Assembly: GCA_951406725.2 (NCBI GenBank)
Contig: OX597823.1
Location: forward strand, 14,942,001-15,006,000
Length of the DNA stretch: 64,000 nt
Direction of reading: 5' to 3'
Source of the DNA: Octopus vulgaris
Lineage: Eukaryota
Shown: piece by piece, positions 60,350 through 64,000 of the stretch
How the letters are laid out: every line of letters starts with the position of its first letter
How positions within the stretch are numbered: the stretch's first letter is position 1
Translations under genes and position numbers: made by a program
The notes under the pieces: generated by a model
Told to the model about the DNA's origin: nothing
Databases searched by the model: none
The model's input: the letters and a program-made list of their open reading frames with translations, nothing else

Positions 60350-60744
60350 TCTTTATATATAAAAGTGAGGTTGTGTGTCTGTCTCCTACGATTTAGATTC
60401 CTAACTACTCCCACATTTTGCGGTGCAGTTTAACCAAAACCGGGTATCTTATAGTCATGATTCATATCGAGACCGTCTGGGTATTAGCGCGCGTCTACGA
60501 TGAGTCTACGATTAAAAAAAAAATTTACCATCAATTTTTCCCATTTTTAATCCATTTTTGACATATATAAGGGAAGTAACTCTCTAAAATTTATTATTAA
60601 ATCTCAGAACGTAAAAAGCTACAGTAACACCCCTCCCCCTTTGTGGTTAGCCATATTGAGATGGCTATTATACTTTACATCTCTAAAAATGCTTATATAA
60701 TTATTTCCCTTACAAACCCGAGCAACGCCGGGCGATACTGCTAG
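60350..60744 (+). mobile_element. Non-autonomous Helitron
   Basis: A|TC 5' end, subterminal hairpin cccgagcaacgccggg, CTAG|T 3' end, no TSD. Confidence 0.85.
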
Positions 60745-60774
60745 TATATATATAAATAGCCATGCATGTATATG

Positions 60775-60815
<41 letters not shown>

Positions 60816-61134
60816 GTATATATACACACACATATATATATATAAATATATATACATATATATATTTATAAAGACATATATATATAAATATATATAAATA
60901 TATATAAACAAAATATAAAGTTATATCTTGGGATCGTTAGTGACAACAACGCTCAAGATATATAACAGTCTGGAATAGTAGTGCTCAAATGAGCTGTATA
61001 TCTGTTCTATAGATATAAATGAATATATGAATATATGTATGTGTTTGATCTTTATGGAGATTTTGTAATGTTCCTTTAGTTGCTGCTAGCATTGCCTCCC
61101 CTCGGATAAAAAAAAAGTATATATATATAAATAT

Positions 61135-62970
61135 ATAGGTGAGAAAGTTGGTGTATGAAAGCACGTGGTTGGATATATAGAAAATAGTAAAAAGTGAAAA
61201 AGCTACAGAAGGCTTGTTTTATAAGGTTAAAGAATATATTTGAGTCATTATGTTGGAAGAATGTTATAAAATTTTTTCATACAGTAACATAGTTTTTGAA
61301 GAAATTACCGGTTTCGTGTTAACTTTTCAAATTTCTCAAGTGTCTTTACCTACATCGTGTTATGTCTTCGTTATGAAGTGCAAAGAAGAGTTCCAGGTAG
61401 GGGGAGGTAATAAGCGATTTCTTTAGGTATAAGGGAGTTAATCGCTTTATATTTCTTTTCCCTTTATTTAACGGGGTGAGTTTCTCTGTATAAGAATGCT
61501 AGAATGGTTAAGTTTGGGTTTATATTTTTCAATGAAGAATGTTTCCTTGTTTAATCTAATATGTGTTGGTGTTCCAATAGCACATTAATAGAATGGAAAG
61601 ATTAAAAATTGTGGTAGTAGTTGCTTTTGCGCATTTCTCAATATGCTCACTAAAGGGAATCATTCTGTATTCTGGGAATGCAATCTGTTGTCGATGCAGA
61701 GTGCATCTACGTCTGAGTGATAGTCCCGTGGACCCCACGTAGTTTTGGTGGCAGCCCGAGCACCTTATGACATAAATTATGTTTTCAGAAGCACAAGTAA
61801 AATTAGATTTGATCTTGAATTTTTGTCCCTCTTTGAAAAGGAATTCTGATCCTTCTAGAAGGTGTGGGCATGTTGCGCAGTTTGGTCTACCACATTTTTT
61901 TTACTTTTGCATCTGTAGTTTCAGAAAACAATTTTGCCTTTGTGAGAATCTTTTTAAGTGATTTAGGTTGTTTGTAGCTTTTAATGATTTTATGTATGCT
62001 TAGAATTTCCTTTAATTTGGGGTCCTTATGAAGTATTGGTAAATTCTGGGTGATGATGGTGAAGGCTTCTTTGTTTCTGGGGTTGTATGTGGATATGTAA
62101 GGCAGTATTTTCGGGGAAGGTATGTTGTTGTGTTGAACTTTTCTCAAAGTTTCTATGTCGATTTCTGTTGCACGTCTGATCCCATCCTCTATGAGTTGAG
62201 CTTGATAATGTCTGTCAATTAGGGTGTTTTTGAGTTCTTGTAGTCTAAAGTTCCTGGTATTTTGTTCTGACACTATTGTGCATATTCTTCTTGCAAGGTT
62301 GAAAGGGATGTTTGTTTTAGTGTGTCTTGGGTGGCATGAATCAAAAAGTAGGTACTGTTTGGCGTCTGTGGCTTTGTAAAAAATGTCTGTTTCTATTTTA
62401 AGGTTAATTTTTTTAATTAGTATATCTAAGAATGGAAGCTCCTTTTGGTTGTATTCCATTGTGAACTGTATTTTTGGGTTGATGCTGTTCAATAGGTTTT
62501 TGAATTTTAGGAGTTTATCTGTGTTTTCATTCCAGAGTATAAAACAATCGTCCAGGAATCTTTTCCAATTCTCTTTTATGTATTGAGAGAGGGGGTTTCC
62601 AAAGGTCGATAAAGATTCCTGGTATACAATTATTTCCAGGTAGCCCATTGTTAGGTTCGCAATGACTGGTGCTGCCCTTGTACCCATAGCAATTCCGGAT
62701 TTTTGACGGTAAAATGTATTGTCAAACATGAAGTGGTTATTATGTAGGATGAATTCAACCGATTTAGTAATGAATTCTTTACTGATCCTTTTTGGTATTT
62801 CTTCCGGAAATTGGTCCAGCCAGAACTGTATTGCCTCTAGTCCATAATTATGAGGTATACTGGTATATAAATTAACTACATCAAATGAAACCATGATTGT
62901 TTCTTCCTTGACTTTTTTGGAAGGTGGTTTAACATATCCAAGTCATCTCTGATATGACTATCGATATGTT
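61135..62970 (-). mobile_element. Penelope-like element, 5'-truncated: RT + GIY-YIG endonuclease + 3' terminal region
   Basis: ORF 61887-62894 has SFDVVNLYTSIP, GIAMGT and RFLDD. After a frameshift at the T-run near 61895-61902 it continues KCGRPNCATC...IIYVIRCSGCHQNYVGSTG. Confidence 0.93.
61300..61336 (-). ncRNA. Minimal type-I hammerhead ribozyme motif, U3-A8 core variant, in Penelope terminus
   Basis: agaaat-UUGAAAA-gu(uaac)ac-GAAA-ccgg-UA-auuucu: 6-bp stem I and palindromic stem III. Confidence 0.75.
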
Positions 62971-62993
62971 GGATATATATATATATATATATA

Positions 62994-63338
62994 TTGATTG
63001 ATGATAACGGCATTCCCCAACACGATGCTAAAGAAATGACAGAAATACTGCAGAAACAATACTGCTCTGTCTTTAGTGTTCCCACTGATATTGACGTAAG
63101 AGAAGCGAACGAAGTTGATTCCCAACATAAAATCTCAGACATAACCTTCACTGCCACTGACATAATAGCAGCAATAAATGAGGTCAAATACTACTCTGCT
63201 GTAGGCCCTGATAGATTCCCCGCTAGTCTCTTGAAGGAATGTAGACACCAACTTGCAGTCCCTCTGACCAACCTCTGGGGAAATTCGTTAGACTCAGGTT
63301 ATATACCGAAACAGCTTCTATCCCACTCAGTCATCCTA

Positions 63339-63342
<4 letters not shown>
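62994..63342 (+). mobile_element. LINE ORF2 fragment upstream of the RT core
   Basis: AVGPDRFPASLLKECRHQLAVPL..LW..SLDSGYIP. Confidence 0.8.
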
Positions 63343-63401
<59 letters not shown>

Positions 63402-64000
63402 ATATTAATACAATATTTCCCACAGAAACGTTTTATTCATTTATTTTTTGTTCAACGTGTTGACTGATATTTTAGGCATGTTTTCCCAAAGCTCTATTCT
63501 TTTACTAACCTGCATAACTAGATCACTGAAGACACACGACAGCTGCATTTTATCCGCATTGTTGCTAGCGATGTCAAGCAATTATGGGGGGGGGGTGACA
63601 AACACAGGCATATATATATATGTGTGTGTGTATGTATGTATGTATGTATGTATGTATATATATAAAGAAAATAAGTCAAGGTAGAAAATGCTAAAATAAT
63701 AATTTTATAATGAAAAACATTTTAGTCCCGGTTTCAGTCATTGAGACTTTTTCAAAATATGGAAACCAAATTAAATTGAGGAAAAATTAAATAAAAAGTT
63801 TTTTTTTAATATTTCTATAGTATTCAAATACAAGGGGCATTTTCATTGTTTCTGCCTGTCTCTGGTAGTTATGAATGACAGGCTTCTTTCAATTTCCGTC
63901 TACCAAATCCACTCACAAGCCTTTAGTCGGCCCTAGGCTATAGCAGAAGACGTTTGCCCAAGGTGCTATACAGTGGGACTGAACCTGGAACCGGGAAGCA

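Overview
AT-rich, microsatellite- and repeat-dense animal DNA. The SINE, Penelope and (TA)n landscape looks like octopus/coleoid cephalopod, which is an inference. Almost all supplied ORFs are repeat noise. By reading splice sites on the minus strand I reconstructed 13 phase-compatible exons (47983 down to 2749, about 587 codons, open at both ends). They encode the ectodomain of a probable adhesion GPCR with an unusual architecture: LRR-LRR-LRRCT, a 12-Cys Ly6/uPAR (three-finger)-like domain, SEA, HRM and the start of GAIN. The introns hold several SINE families, non-autonomous Helitrons, mariner and Merlin-like MITEs, and fragments of Penelope, R4/Dong-like, LINE and Gypsy elements. The most striking non-coding signal is a set of minimal type-I hammerhead ribozyme motifs. 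They occur in Penelope termini, in long fold-back hairpins and in 350-470 bp tandem (retrozyme-like) units. Different families carry three Watson-Crick versions of the core 3-8 pair: C3-G8, U3-A8 and G3-C8. All folding and motif calls were made by eye; none was computed or tested.
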